A stretch of DNA of 60,972 bases, the filler included, from Vannella sp. (lineage: Eukaryota), in the NCBI GenBank assembly GCA_023345925.1. It is 5 parts of 5 records of this genome, joined end to end, with 100 filler letters (N's around TTAATTAATTAA, not from the genome) between each part and the next. Parts side by side here need not be neighbours in the genome. Positions count along the whole stretch, not along the records: positions 1 to 14,573 come from JAJQQN010000193.1; positions 14,674 to 26,496 come from JAJQQN010000289.1; 3 more parts are not named here. One strand, written 5' to 3'. The stretch's first letter is position 1. Each line of letters opens with the position of its first letter. Both the position numbers and the translations under genes were made by a program. Positions 10,747 to 23,143 of this stretch are shown piece by piece. Below the pieces are notes generated by a model. It was not told the origin of the DNA. It made no database searches and saw nothing but the letters and a program-made list of their open reading frames with translations.

Positions 10747-11994
10747 ATGTCAGAGGTACCGTCTATCTTAGGAACACGGGGGAAGATCGAGGGGGAGGAG
10801 CAGCCTCGGAAGAGGGTGAAGTTTGCGGAAGATCCTGTGGAAGAGTTGAAATGGGCGTATCACGTGAACCCTCGCATCCATATGAAAGTGGTATCGTGTG
10901 AGGGAGATCTGTCGCCTTCTGTACCTTCATTCCATCCTGAGTTTGCGCACATCTTCTTCGGTGACGATGAACAACTCTCCGGATACAACGAGCCTACGAT
11001 CACGCTGCTCTTCAATGCATGGTCGTTCAAGAGCTATCTGCACTTCTCATATCAGCAGAAGCACCAAGTCCTCCCTGCACCTGACCCAATCGGTTTAATC
11101 ACGCCTTACCTCGCACCCAACTCCTTTACCACGTCCCTGGAGGAGTTCACCTCTCAACTGGAAGCAGACCGAGCTCAGTCAAAGCCATTTGGCTCTTTTG
11201 TATCCTCTTACTCGCTCGAGAACCGCCAAAAGCCGGGAGAAACGGAGGAATTCTCCATATACTTTCATCAGTTCGGCACTTCTGATGACAGCTTTGACGA
11301 GGACTTTTTGGCCTTCCACGAGCGTGCGCAAGCGTTCATTTTGATGGAGATTGACGGAGGAACGTATTTAGAGGCAAGAGACCCGCGTTGGGAGGTTTTC
11401 CTGCTTTACCAGAAGGTTGCCGGATTTCACCGCCTCATTGGTTACTGCACTGCTTATCGCTTCTACGCGTTCCCCGACCGCTTTAGACTTCGGATTTCTC
11501 AATTCTTGTTGTTCCCGCCCTTCCAGAAGAAGGGTCATGGCCGCAGACTCCTCCAAGGAGTGTATGACAGCGCCATTGCTCGAGGGGCCCGAGACATTCC
11601 CGTGGAAGACCCTGCACCCGAGTTTGGTCGACTTAGAGATATGGTCGATCTAATGAACCTCCTGGAAGACAAGGTATTCGACCCCAAAGAGCCCTATCTC
11701 TCCAAAGAGACTTTGAATAAGGTCATTCTGACTCGGCGATTGTGGAAGAGACAAGTTCGCCGCTGCTTTGAGATCTTCCGTTTAGCTCACATTACGGTGA
11801 ATGATGTGGCAGAGTACAGAGTCTATCAAATCTACGTCAAGAAGAGACTTGTCGCACAAAACCGGGAACAATTGGAGCTCTTTGAGAAAGGTGACGAGCG
11901 CAAGGCCGAGTTACATCGCATTTATGAAGAACTGGAGAAAGAGTACTTTCAGATTATCGACAAAATCCGTCTCCAACGAGGAGCAGCAGCATAG
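10747..11994 (+). CDS. HAT1: Histone acetyltransferase type B catalytic subunit
   Basis: FHPEFAHIFFGDDEQLSGY, RLRISQFLLFPPFQKKGHG, VEDPAPEFGRLRD. Confidence 0.92.
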   Translation: MSEVPSILGTRGKIEGEEQPRKRVKFAEDPVEELKWAYHVNPRIHMKVVSCEGDLSPSVPSFHPEFAHIFFGDDEQLSGYNEPTITLLFNAWSFKSYLHFSYQQKHQVLPAPDPIGLITPYLAPNSFTTSLEEFTSQLEADRAQSKPFGSFVSSYSLENRQKPGETEEFSIYFHQFGTSDDSFDEDFLAFHERAQAFILMEIDGGTYLEARDPRWEVFLLYQKVAGFHRLIGYCTAYRFYAFPDRFRLRISQFLLFPPFQKKGHGRRLLQGVYDSAIARGARDIPVEDPAPEFGRLRDMVDLMNLLEDKVFDPKEPYLSKETLNKVILTRRLWKRQVRRCFEIFRLAHITVNDVAEYRVYQIYVKKRLVAQNREQLELFEKGDERKAELHRIYEELEKEYFQIIDKIRLQRGAAA

Positions 11995-12114
11995 ATTGGC
12001 CATTCCCAAGAGAAGACCGCATTGCACCCCTGAATGAAGTGATGAGAAACGAGTTTATCTTGCTATATATAGACTAAAGGGGAAGGCTTGCAAAGGAGAT
12101 TGTGGGATTGGCAC

Positions 12115-14154
12115 TTATCGGTCCTCGCCGTTCTCTTCGTCAGAGTCAAACTCTGCCCCAAACTAGAATTGGAGTCAGTTTCAGTTCCAGCAAGAAGCTT
12201 TGATGTCACGTACCCCAGTCTCGGCACAGATGATTCCTTGGTATTGAGCGGCGTCCTCAGGATGGAATAGGCTATCGATAGTTGCATCTTCGAAGTCCCC
12301 AAGAGAGAAATTTTTGGGGAAATCGTTCTCAAAGTCCCGCTTGAGAGTGTGTTGATAAGCAACAACCGCATCTCCATCTTCGTCTTCGCTAGATTCTGCT
12401 CCAACAGCCCCTCCATGCACCCGGCTCTCGATTTCCAAGCCAGTAGCATAGTTGCCTTCCACGTAGCTCTTCCATATTTCGCTCTGTTGGAGGATTTGAT
12501 TCATCTCTTCGTTAACTGTAGCCGCTCTACATAGGGCTCCTGTCAAGAGAACCACAAAGCCCATGTATCCCCGTCGAGTGTAGCCGTCGCTCTCAAAAGA
12601 GTTGATGTCTTCCACTCCCACTTCTGCCATGCGCTCGTGCAGCTGAGTAGTTTGAATCAGCTTGTTCCCCACTTCCGAATCGTTGCATTCCAAGAGAAGC
12701 GTCACAACCCGTCCAACAATGGCGTGCAAGAAAGTGTTCCAATGCAGCTCAAAGAACAATGCCTGGCTCTGAATGAGTTCCCAATGTACCTGCATCTATC
12801 AGTTGCAACTTACCAATGCAGTCTGGAGCAGAGTGGTATCCAAAAGGGTGTGGTACACGCAGAGGTAGCGCGAAGTGACCAACATTCCCATCATCTCCAG
12901 TGCCTTCATGCGGTTCTGTCCCAGCGCTGGAGAGAGTCCAAAGCTTGTTGGTTGTTGTTCCTGATCCCTTTGATCTCAGAGCCTCGCCCAAAGCACCTGA
13001 CAGAGAACTCACCTGAGGGCCATTCTCCAGAATCTCCTCCAACCGGTTCAGTCTGGCACTGAGAAGGCGAATCACCACTGGTAGATCCTCCGTAGCCATC
13101 TCAAAGTCAAAGAGCTCAGAGGTACGGTGGCGAATGATCTCCGCGAGCACTCCCGTTCCATAAAGGAAGGCAGAAGACTGGTCGTCCGCCAATACAAGCT
13201 CTACCAGAGTCTCCATCTGCTCCTAGGTATGGTTATGAGCGAATGGGGCTTGCAGAAGAGAGAGGACGACCCACTTCGACCTCCAGTTCGTCGAGAAGGC
13301 TGATATCGTAGTCGTTCAGGCCGTTTTGGACGGAGATAGCTACCATGCTTGAAAGGAGCTGTGAGGCGTTCTCATGTGTGTCTCTGGACTCGCCCGCGCC
13401 CAGCTTGTTGACAACGGAAGACACCAAACCTTCGCGGGACAGCCACTACGTCCTTTGGTCAGTTTCTCGGCTCCCTTTCACGTTCTAAAGGATTCTTACA
13501 GAGATAGTTGATACCTCAGCGTCATTGGACGCAAGGATCTTCAGCAGAAGGTCCGCAACGTGCGAATTATCCAGATGAGCGAGACAACTCGCCAGGAAGC
13601 CTGGTTTCCTCCTCAGGAGAGCAACGGTCTCTCCCTTACGCTTGGTTAGGAAGGCAGAGACGACGCGGTTGACGTAGCCAGCGCGAAAGTGGTCCATATC
13701 GCCCGGTTTCATCCAAAAGTCGAGAATCTGATCTATGTGGTCCATGCTGCGGAACAGAGCGTCCTGTAGGTCTGTTATGTCTGCACAGAGGATCTCCATG
13801 GCGATGAATGGGTATCTGGACGTCCCTTTGGTCAGAGAAGCTCGGAAACAGGGGAAAGGACGCTTACTTGTGCTTGAGCTCGTGGTCTAAGCTCTCTTCT
13901 AACTCTGGATGAGGATCAACCACATAAGATATCAGCTTGGTGAGCTCGTTATCGCGTATGAGGCTGTTCAACGGTCAGTCCGCTCTCTCCCTCCCTTCCA
14001 GCGCAGCTCACAAGTCGATCAGCTTCTTGTTCTGCGCTTTGGCCTCGCCAATGATATCGTTCTCACTGAACAGTTTCTCCAAAGAGATGTCCTCCGAGTC
14101 CAACAGCGCATCGATGGCGGAGGTGTCCCAACTTCACGTCCTCCAGAACGCCAT
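12115..14154 (-). CDS. SIT4/PP6 phosphatase-associated (SAPS) regulatory subunit; in-frame TGA at codon 7
   Basis: MAFW...SAIDALLD...EAKAQNKKLIDF, YPFIAMEILCAD, LGQNRMKALE, LFFELHWNTFLH, RRGYMG. Multiple introns. Confidence 0.85.
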
Positions 14155-14573
14155 CTCCAACAAAAAAATGATCGATTTGACATTTTTTATTAAAACATGA
14201 TTAATTAATGCGATGATTGAGAGAAGTCACGAGTGGCGAGGGCAATTTTCCTTGTTTGGGTCCTCAAACATCCAAAAAGTGAAAAAATGAAATCACTCCA
14301 AAAGCTTATCCAGAAGAGATGGAGGTCATCAGGGCAAGCTACGCAAATACGTGTTCTGCCCCTTCTTGTGGTTGAGTGGGGCGGTGTTCTCTCGCTTGTG
14401 GAGCTTCTCCTGATGAACTAACACAAAACGTCCCAGCCAAGTAGACTCCCAGCGTGGACCATCGAAAGCCGGCAGAGGATGGATTTACTTCTTACATCAG
14501 CTGCACGAAGTTGGAGCAAGTGCTATGAGTTGATAGACCTTGATGACACATCAGTTGGAGAGAAGCTGATCCC

Positions 14574-14673
14574 NNNNNNNNNNNNNNNNNNNNNNNNNNN
14601 NNNNNNNNNNNNNNNNNTTAATTAATTAANNNNNNNNNNNNNNNNNNNNNNNNNNNNNNNNNNNNNNNNNNNN
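14574..14673. other. Artificial contig linker (N-run, TTAATTAATTAA, N-run)
   Basis: 100-nt linker with stops in all six frames; occurs four times in the window. Confidence 0.98.
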
Positions 14674-14961
14674 GCCAACAACACTGTGCTTGGCGCCCCC
14701 GGCGCTGAAGGCTTTGTTTTCATCACAGTCAGCAACTCGTTGAACGACACTAAGGTTCAGGTCCTCTTCTCCTCTGCTGAGGGCACTCAGGCTGAGTGCA
14801 CTTCTTCTTTTGTCTCCTCCGCTGCTGGTGGTGGTAGCTGGTGGTGGGTTATCATCCCCATCATCATCGTTATCGTCGTTATCCTCATTCTCGCTGCCGT
14901 CGGTGGATTCCTTTACATGAAGAAGAAGAAGAGCTCTTACCAGTTGTACGAGGACGCATAA
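14674..14961 (+). CDS. C-terminus of a type I membrane protein (5' truncated)
   Basis: Hydrophobic span WWWVIIPIIIVIVVILILAAVGGFLY, then KKKK stop-transfer and a short tail SSYQLYEDA*. Confidence 0.75.
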   Translation, partial: ANNTVLGAPGAEGFVFITVSNSLNDTKVQVLFSSAEGTQAECTSSFVSSAAGGGSWWWVIIPIIIVIVVILILAAVGGFLYMKKKKSSYQLYEDA

Positions 14962-14988
14962 GCGACCAATAATAGAACCGTTTTATTA

Positions 14989-16982
14989 TCATTTCTGTTC
15001 CCTTCCTTTCCCCCTCGCTTTAGCGAGCATTCCAAATAGATCTGCACTTGGCTTGTGTCCCTCTTCACGCAAAAAAGTGAACTCAAACTGGGCCTCCTCG
15101 ACTGTGGATCTCGTCAGAGTGGCCCTTATGAACCTCTCCAAGAGATCGGGTCGGATGGATAGCCCACTTCTTCGGAGAAGGTTTAAAGTGTGTTCTGCCA
15201 TGTCGAAGCGGCCTTCTTGAAGGGAAGTGTGCAGCGTCATTTCAAGAGTTTGCTCGTTTTGTTCCTCTCCGTCCGCTTCGACAGATGCTAGTCTCTCCGG
15301 AAGAGAAGTTCCCTTCATAAGGCTTTGGATGACCTGGACTTGCTCTGGTTCTCCCAAGGACTGGACCACTGGCAATAGGGCCGCGAACGTTTCAGTCCGA
15401 GGGGGTGTGAGCTGATCTTCCATCTGACGGACCATTCGGATGCAGAGACGAATGCCCTCTTCATCAACGCCATTAGAGCGAGCCAGACGCTGAATGAGAA
15501 AGTCCAAAGTAGCACGATTAACGTAAACCCGCGCGTCCGCTGCAAAGTCCAAGAGCGCCTCTATGTTGCAGGCGATTGTCTCAGCTTGCTGTGAGCTCTC
15601 TGCTGCAGTATGAAGGAGGTAGTAGAATGTCAAAGGCGATGGCTTCACAGAGCGGTCCACCATCGTGTCTAGAAGATCCATCATATTCTCGAGCTGGCCC
15701 ACGCGTGCGTAGGCCAGCATCATCGCATTGTAAGAGACTGTATCTGGTACTTGGTTGTGCTTGGTCTTCATCTGACTCAGAAGCTTCTTCGCCTCTGCCA
15801 AGCGATCCTGGCGGACGAAGGCTTTCATCAATGCATTGAGAGTCCCCAAAGCCACAGAGTTACGAAGCTTCTGCATGCGCTCGAACACTTCCAGACACTT
15901 CCCCGTGTCTCCAACAAGCGCGTAGCCCTTGGCAATCGTATTCCAGACCAAAGGAGTGGTAGCGATCTTCTCGGCCTCCATTGTGGCTAGAACACCAGGT
16001 ACATCGTTCATACGATGGGTGTTGGCACACGCAGTGATGAGGGACATGTAAAGGATGTAGTCTGGAGAGAAGCCGCTCTCCTTCATCTGTTCGACAAGTT
16101 TCCAAGCTTTCCCAAAGTCTCCTTGGTTGGCGTAGCCTCCAATAAGAGAGGAGAAGGTCTTGAAGTTAGGTTGTACCCCAGCACTCTCCATGAGGCGAAG
16201 AATGGACTCTGCTCGCTCCATTTGGTTCGCTTTGGCGCACACGTCGATGAGGAGGGTGTATGCGACGATGTTGGGCTGGACACCAGCACTCTGCATCTGA
16301 TCCATCATAGAGAAGGCTTCTTTGACGTCTCCCACTCGACAATGTGCCCTTATCAAGCTCGTGAAGGTGTAAACGTCAGGTTGTAGCCCCAAGTTCTTCA
16401 TTTCTTGGGCGCAGCTGCTCCCAAGGACTCAGTTCATCGTGCAGATGTTATGCGAGTACTCTCAACTTACTCTAGTGTGGCCTTTAGGTCCCCTGCACGC
16501 GTGTAGCCGTCCATAAGGATGTTGAATGTGATAGGGTCGCGTGGTACTTTGTCCTCTTTCATCTGCGCGAGGATATCAGCAGCTTCCTTCATTCTACTAC
16601 TTGAAGTGTATCCCTTGATCAAGGTGTTGTACACGACAGTGTTCGCTTCTATGCGCTCTTCTTTCATTCTTGTTAGAATTGCGTGGGCCTTGGACATGAG
16701 ACCGTTCTTGGTGTAGCAGTTGATCAGAGACGAGTAGACGATAAGATTGGGTGGTACTCCTTCGCTTCTCATCTGAGAGAAGCACTCCTCCACTGTACGA
16801 ACGTCCCCCACCTCTGAATGTGCGTTGATGAGCTTGCTGAAGGTCATAGGAGTCGGTGCAAGGCCCTGATCACGTATCTGAGCAAACTTTTGACTTGCTT
16901 CTACACCTTTCCGTGCTCGGATGAGCGAAACAAGCAGCCGGTCGTGATCATTGGAGAAGAACTTGGACAGGCCGCGCTGCAT
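14989..16982 (-). CDS. Pentatricopeptide-repeat (PPR) protein
   Basis: Tandem 35-aa repeats (PNLIVYSSLINCY, PDVYTFTSLIRAHCRVG, PNIVAYTLLIDVCAK). One intron near 16414-16469. Confidence 0.9.
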
Positions 16983-17046
16983 CCGCTTCCAGGAAGGAGT
17001 GGTGGCTTCAGAGCCTTCATTTCTGATAGATTTATCAAACTTTTCG

Positions 17047-18120
17047 TCATTCTTCGTCATCCAGGTCCCATCCAAGTGACGCTGCGAGCTGTAACATGAT
17101 GGAAGATGCCATTTCTCTTCGTTGCGCGTCGGGCAAGCTCTTTCCTTTCTACTATGAGTTAGAAGTGTTCAGTGAAGAGGTCTGAAAGTCTCAACCTCGC
17201 GTATGGAGTGCATCAGGGCGAAGGTTTGATCGAGATCGTCGGAGAGATCAAGATTAGCGGGATGTAGGTTGTCCTCTTCGAGCACTGGCTTGAGAGTTAG
17301 CGAATAGAGATAAGTTATCACGTTTTCTCACATTCTGGGGCGATGGGTGCCCATCCATCATCGAGGACTCCTTCGAAAGTGGAATCATCCTGAGGATCTT
17401 CTTCTAGAACGGGTGGAGAGGGCTTTTTGGGTGTCTTGCGAGTCATGATCGACCATGGAGTCGTGACAAGGCACTCTGCAAAGCGCTCCCAGCCCTGACA
17501 ATCCTCCAACAGCGACCGTTTCCTTTTCAGATCAACTTGATCTGCAGAGTTGTCGACCAGGAGGAACTCCAATCCATTATCAGCTGCAAATTGCATCTGA
17601 AGTGACTCTTCTGGTGACTCAGGAGAGGCCAAGGAGAGTAGAAGAAGCATTTTCTCCTCCTCTCCTTCAAGATTGAGCTGTAGTGAGGTTTCTTCCTCCT
17701 CACTGGTACTCTCTGTTGAAGGTAAAACCATAGAGAGGAACTCTTCGTGTGCCTTCCATGACTGCGAGGCTTCTGAGCCAACGAACGCGATGATCCCTTG
17801 CGCGGTGGACCTTATCGTAGGATAAGCAAGTCGAAGAGTCTCTGGAGGAACACAAGAGGAGACAAGCACAAAGAAGATCTCTGCTGTAAAGTAAGAAGAC
17901 TCCACGTTCACTAGGCAAACTGCAATGCCCTCCGAAGGGAGTTCCCGAAGGAGATCTCGAAGCAGGGGAGGCAGTTCGTCTTCTGTTTGTCTCTCACATC
18001 CCCCCAACTCTTGATAACCCCATCAGAATTCCAAACTCTCCATGTGAGTGCCGCCTTACTCTGTACGAGACTAGGAACACCTTCGTCCTGAAAAACCAAC
18101 ACCACGTTGCTCTGGCGCAT
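17047..18120 (-). CDS. AAGAB: Alpha/gamma-adaptin-binding protein p34-like
   Basis: VESSYFTAEI, NGLEFLLV, GWERFAECLVTTPWSIM, and C-terminal LPDAQRREMASSIMLQLAASLGWDLDDEE* after splicing. Confidence 0.65.
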
Positions 18121-18272
18121 GACCAAATGACTCATTCCCAGCCAAAAGAGTCTTGTTAAGGGTAGTCCTCCATCTGGAGGACGGGCGAGCGACGGATAAA
18201 GGAAGTGAGTGAGTGACTTGTGTTCTGGGAAAAGGGACTTTTCTTTATGTCAGTGCTCCGCCTGACGGGGGC

Positions 18273-21200
18273 TTACAGAAGTGGCTTCTGATAACAGTCT
18301 CTCGCATAGTCAAATGTTGGTTTCATCTGGTGCAAAGTCAGAAGCCGGGAGGAGGAAGGGGAGGAAGAGGGGAATGTTTGGCGCACCGTTGATTGCAAAA
18401 GGAAGCTCTTGGAAGAGCCAGTAATAAGAAGAAGAGTTAAATTCGATTGAGCATCCACTGTACACGAGCGGATTTGGTCCCAATCCCACCCTTCTTCGTA
18501 GGAAACCAATTCTGTGTCGTTCTTGAAGATGGCGAATCCTTTCGTGGACAAGGCGGCGAACTTCCTTCCCTTCTTCCGCTTCTACAAGGACATGAGGAAC
18601 GCGAAAGAGAAGAGAAGAGAGACGGGAGACGCTTACCAAAGGGAAGAAGGACCAAGTCCAAATATGTTTGGAAAATGCGTTTTGCAGGAAAGCAAGTTTG
18701 GCCTCTCTCACAGACATGGCCGAGCTCATTGGGCTCATAGATTGGGCGGTTTCAGTGATCTTAAGGATGAGCTGCTCGGGCTGCGTCTTCGCAAGGAGAT
18801 AGGGCGGGACAAATTGGTTCAAATTCTGTTTTGTGACCGTCGCAAGTGCCGGTGTTGCTTGGATGATAAACGCACTCAGCCCCAGGACGTCATTCAAGGC
18901 ACAGGAAATGTCAGAAGTGAGGACCACCTGGCGAAGTAGCTCGTAGAGAACATCAATTAACTGTTCGCTCATGTCTGGGAGGAGTCTAAAGTTCCAGACG
19001 AGGACGCCAAAGGCTAATCGAAGGGGAGATTGAACAGCGGATGTCTTGGCTGCGATGTTATCAATCTCCCGTTGGGCCAAAATGTCCACCAACTTCTCAG
19101 TAGGGTGAATGGGCAAGTCCATCGTCTTGTCCTTGCAAATCATAAGTCCAAAGTTATCTACAGAAGGTAGCCGCAAAGTTTCCAGGCCTATCTTGGTGGC
19201 TATTTCTAGAGCGGTACTGCAAGAATCGATGAGAGACATCGTGTTGTTGTTGTGGAGAGTTTTGATCTTGATAGGCTGGTAAAGAGCTCCTTGTTGAATG
19301 GCATTGTACTCCGCTAGGGTTGGTAAACACACTCTTGGGCCCACAGTGTTACGGCGTGACATCTGCAAAAGGCAGTGGCGGGCCAGACAAACAGTTTGCT
19401 GGTCAGGGTCCTCAATACCTTGGAGGTCCACAAAGGAGGATACAATCTCAGCTAGCTGCGTGTTGCTGGGCAAGAAAGCTAAAGAAATCATCGTCATCCA
19501 CTCCCATCCAGCACGAGAGGCTTCTGTTGTCCCATTTTTGATGAGCTGGCGGAGTGCCTGGCAATACAATTCATCTTGAAGCTTGGACTTGGCGGATGCT
19601 TTGGCCACTGCATCACTTGCGCACTTGGTTTTGGAGGAGGCCAAGTACTTTAATTGGAGCGAGTTAAGCTCCAGAGCGACTTTGTTATCTACCGCGTCCA
19701 GCTTGAGAAGGGATTGCGTTAAAGGTTCCTATCACAGTTAAGTCAGAACAAGAGCGGTGTTGAAGCCCTTCCTTTTGCTTACTGAGGAGAAGATAAAGCG
19801 CTGTCCAAGGTCCATAACATACTCAGATTCAAACTTAGTGGCGTGGCAATACTCCCGCGAGTATTCTACCATCAGTGGGAGGATTTCTTCGTTCAAAGGG
19901 AAGTTGCTGGGACGAGTGAGTACGTGGAAAGGAACCAAGAGCGCGTTTCTAACTCACTCAGTAACAACGCGAGTGATGGCGCCAGCACTATGCCCACTTG
20001 GCGAAGTGGCAGCTGTGTGGGTTGTGTGCTTCACAAAAGAGACGGGGAAGTTGCCGTATTGGTCATTTACCATCCCAAACTCCCAGCCATTGCCAGGATT
20101 GTGAGAGATAACCCGAATGACATCGCCCTCTTGGAAGGAGAGGAGATCCCAATTCTGCGCTTCCTTCTCTGGCACATGGGCACGCAAAGCAGTGGCATAG
20201 TCCGACCTTCTAATAAATGCGGATACATAACCTTGCAAATGGCCCAGCAGGAAGGTGCAGTCTGCAGGAGAGGCTTTGAAGGAGAGCAGTGAGGTATGCC
20301 CAGCTATGGTAAGCTCGACAGCATTCGCTGGCGGTTCCAGACGGCGCCAACGGGTCAGTTCTGTCATCGAGAACTGTAAATACAGTTGGTTCAAGTCCTG
20401 GCTGTATATCTCCAGGCCCCCTTCGTGCAAAGCTATCTTGACAGCAGATTGGGAGACTTGCTTCCAGTCTCCCAACTCCAGCATCTCTGCATCCACCATG
20501 AGACAGCCAAAGTGCTTCAGCGATTGACAACAGTGAACAAATTGGCGTTGGCATTGTTCCTTCAGTGTTCCAAGCATACCAAAGTGTCCCTGGTTGAGCT
20601 TTTGGTTCCATTCCTCGGCGGAGTGAAGTGCAATCAGAGCAGAAGGAAGGTATTCAGCCAGTTGGAAGTTCCTATTCTGTTCGTTATGGTCACCAAGGTC
20701 ATATTGGATGCGAGCATAGGCTAATTTGAGTGCTTCCGACTCTGTACAAGGAAGATATCCGCGAAGAATATCGCGCCGAAGCTGTGCAAACAGAAGATTG
20801 AGGATTTGGAGGTCCTGAATTGGTTTCCGGCGCTCAATAAAGAGATATTGAGTCAAGCACAGCTTTCCTTCCCCAGCCAATGTATTCTCCATTGTCCTCA
20901 GGAGGTCTCCAACGCAGCCAGTGGTCACAAAGGTGGGTTCTACAACATATGAGCGCACTTGCGTCACTATCAAGACCAGAGTAAGTACCTAAACGATCAT
21001 CGGAGCCAATAAGATTGAGGGCAAAAAGGTCTCTTGATGGGAAAGGAATGCCAAGTCGCTCACAGAAAGTGTGAATCGCCTCTTTCACGCTCGTGAACGA
21101 ATCCACATAAATGGCCTTTTGAGTGCCCTCAAGGGTGCGCAAGCGGCACAAAAGGGGTGCGCCGCTCTTCTTTGGGTCAGTTTTCTGGAGACAAAGTACA

Positions 21201-23038
21201 GGGAGAGAGTTCTTACTCGAATAGAGGTCACTTCAGGAAGGCTTGGGCCTTCCTTTCGCTTTTTGTTGAGAGTGACGAGCTTTTGGAGACATTGGAAAGC
21301 ATACCAAGCGTATCCGCCCTCCGCTTTGGTCTTTGTCTCAACCCAATTCAGCGCATAGGCTGACAACTTCTTCTGGGGCATCACAAAGATACACAGAAAC
21401 GAAAGGATGTGCCAAAGCTTCTCCATGCTCTCCCTAAACGGCCCTCCAAGCTCAGGAAAAGACCAAGAATCCCACAAAAGTGACTTACGGGCGAGGATTG
21501 TTCGTCATCTGCTTAAATACTTGGCAGTACGCCTCATCCCCCAGTTCAGGACGTTTCAGAATGCCGTCAACAAGGGACTGGAGCTGCAAATCAGGCGAAG
21601 TGACCTTTTCAGCCTTCTTCGCGTCTCCGCAGTACTGGAGGATCTTCTCAAAGAGGTCCAACGCTGCCTTTTGAGTATCCTTGCCCTCAAACTGATGAAG
21701 AGGCTGCGCCAGCTTCTTGGAATGAAGCGTGAGAGTGTCCACGGGAAGGGTGGCCTTTCGAGAGAGCTGGAGACCTCCCTTCTTCGGTGCTTGTTGAAAG
21801 TAAGACTGTGCATACACCATAAACACGATGGGGACATCGTTTGAGTTGATGGGAGAGATGCTGGGCTGTGTAAGGTTCATGAAAGGTCTTCAGGACGGAC
21901 TTACTGAGCCAAGGGACCTTGACAGGAGCTGCTGGTCAGCTCTGTATCTCGAATACAGTAGTTAAGCATGTCGCCGCGCTGAGGAAGATGGGCCATCTTG
22001 CTGCTGTCCTCTTGAGACAAACATTCTTTCAATACCTCGACGCTCTCCGACCTCAGAGCCCGGAGCATCTCTGGAGTCTACAATGAGATGATGTACAGAG
22101 TAAGCTAGCTTCCTTACCTCGTGCCCCTCGCGCAGCAGGGTCAAGCACGCCAATGGGGTCGGAAGGATGCGAAACGGCCGGGCGTTTGGGAGTTGCCCCT
22201 CCTGAGTAGTCAGTAGAGAGCGTGTAAGAGGACCTGGGCCTCTCCATAGGAGCCATAGCGTTCTTGGTGGCCACTACAGAAGGAAGACTGCCTGAGCGTG
22301 GAGAACTTCCCGAGCGGGGAGAAAGGAGACCGAGAAGGTGGGGAGGAGGTGCCAGTGGCTTCACCGGGGGTATGAAACGACTAGAGGAAGGCTGAACCAG
22401 TCCTTCGCTCTCCTCGTTGTCAACCTTCTCGGACAGAACAAGAGGAGGCGGCACATGGGCGTCACTGGATTTCCTTGCGGATAGCGGAGCTGGTAGACTT
22501 GCGGCATTCATGCCAAGAGAGCTTTGTGAGCGTGGAGTTAGGGATGCTGGAGGACGCGGGGGGAGCTTCAGGGCCAGAGGGGACGGCGGAAGAGAGGAAG
22601 GAGAGCGCGGTTGCGGAATAAGAGAAGGATCGAGGGGCCCTGGGACAGGGGAGCCTTCAATCAAACCACTAAGGGGAGATAGATCCCAACTGTCCAGGTC
22701 TGCTTGAGCGGGGATCTTCTCCAAAGGCATGGGGGGCAGTGGGAGAGTTAACCCCAACGGAGAGACCAAGTCTGAGCTACTTGAGAGCCTCTACACCCAT
22801 GCATGTTGTTAGAGAAGGTTCATAGATCATTACGAAGGATAGGAAGAGGACGTACGAGCCCTGATGAAGAGGAAACTTGCAAATCCCCCAAAGAAAGGAG
22901 CGGCCGACCGTCTTCGTTTGCCTTTGAAGGAGACCCAGGAGGCCCAGGAGGCTTCGATATCGACCTGCTCCGCATGCACGGGAGTGCTGTGATGCTTGTC
23001 ACCCTCTGCAAGGAAGCCCCGTTCATGGGGGAGTGCAT
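18273..23038 (-). CDS. Pro/Ser-rich N-terminus + MyTH4-FERM-SH3-MyTH4-FERM protein (myosin VII-type tail, no motor)
   Basis: MyTH4 motifs PELGDEAYCQVFKQMTNNP and LQDELYCQALRQL; FERM LLFAQLRRDILRGYLPC; SH3 LLSFQEGDVIRV..GWEFG..GNFPVSFV. Exons join through ~50-nt introns up to the ATG at 23038. Confidence 0.8.
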
Positions 23039-23143
23039 GAGCGAGGAGAGCCCGCCAACACTGAATGAATCGTTTCAAAGGCTTTGGTGGAGCCTGCTGG
23101 GAGGGAGAAGGCGTATACAAGGCACGAGATCGATGAAAGGTGT

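Noticed and set aside
12790..12813. Apparent 24-nt GT-AG mini-intron in the SAPS gene
   Set aside because: A normal 51-nt intron from the same donor gives a better family match (QTAL|ALFFELHWNTFLH).
14134..14136. Genome-wide TGA reassignment
   Set aside because: TGA ends several well-defined genes (GINS4, UROD, RegA-like), and only one internal TGA was seen.
14574..14673. TTAATTAATTAA palindromic motif within N-runs, recurring four times
   Set aside because: Artificial six-frame-stop contig joiner. Adjacency across these linkers has no biological meaning.
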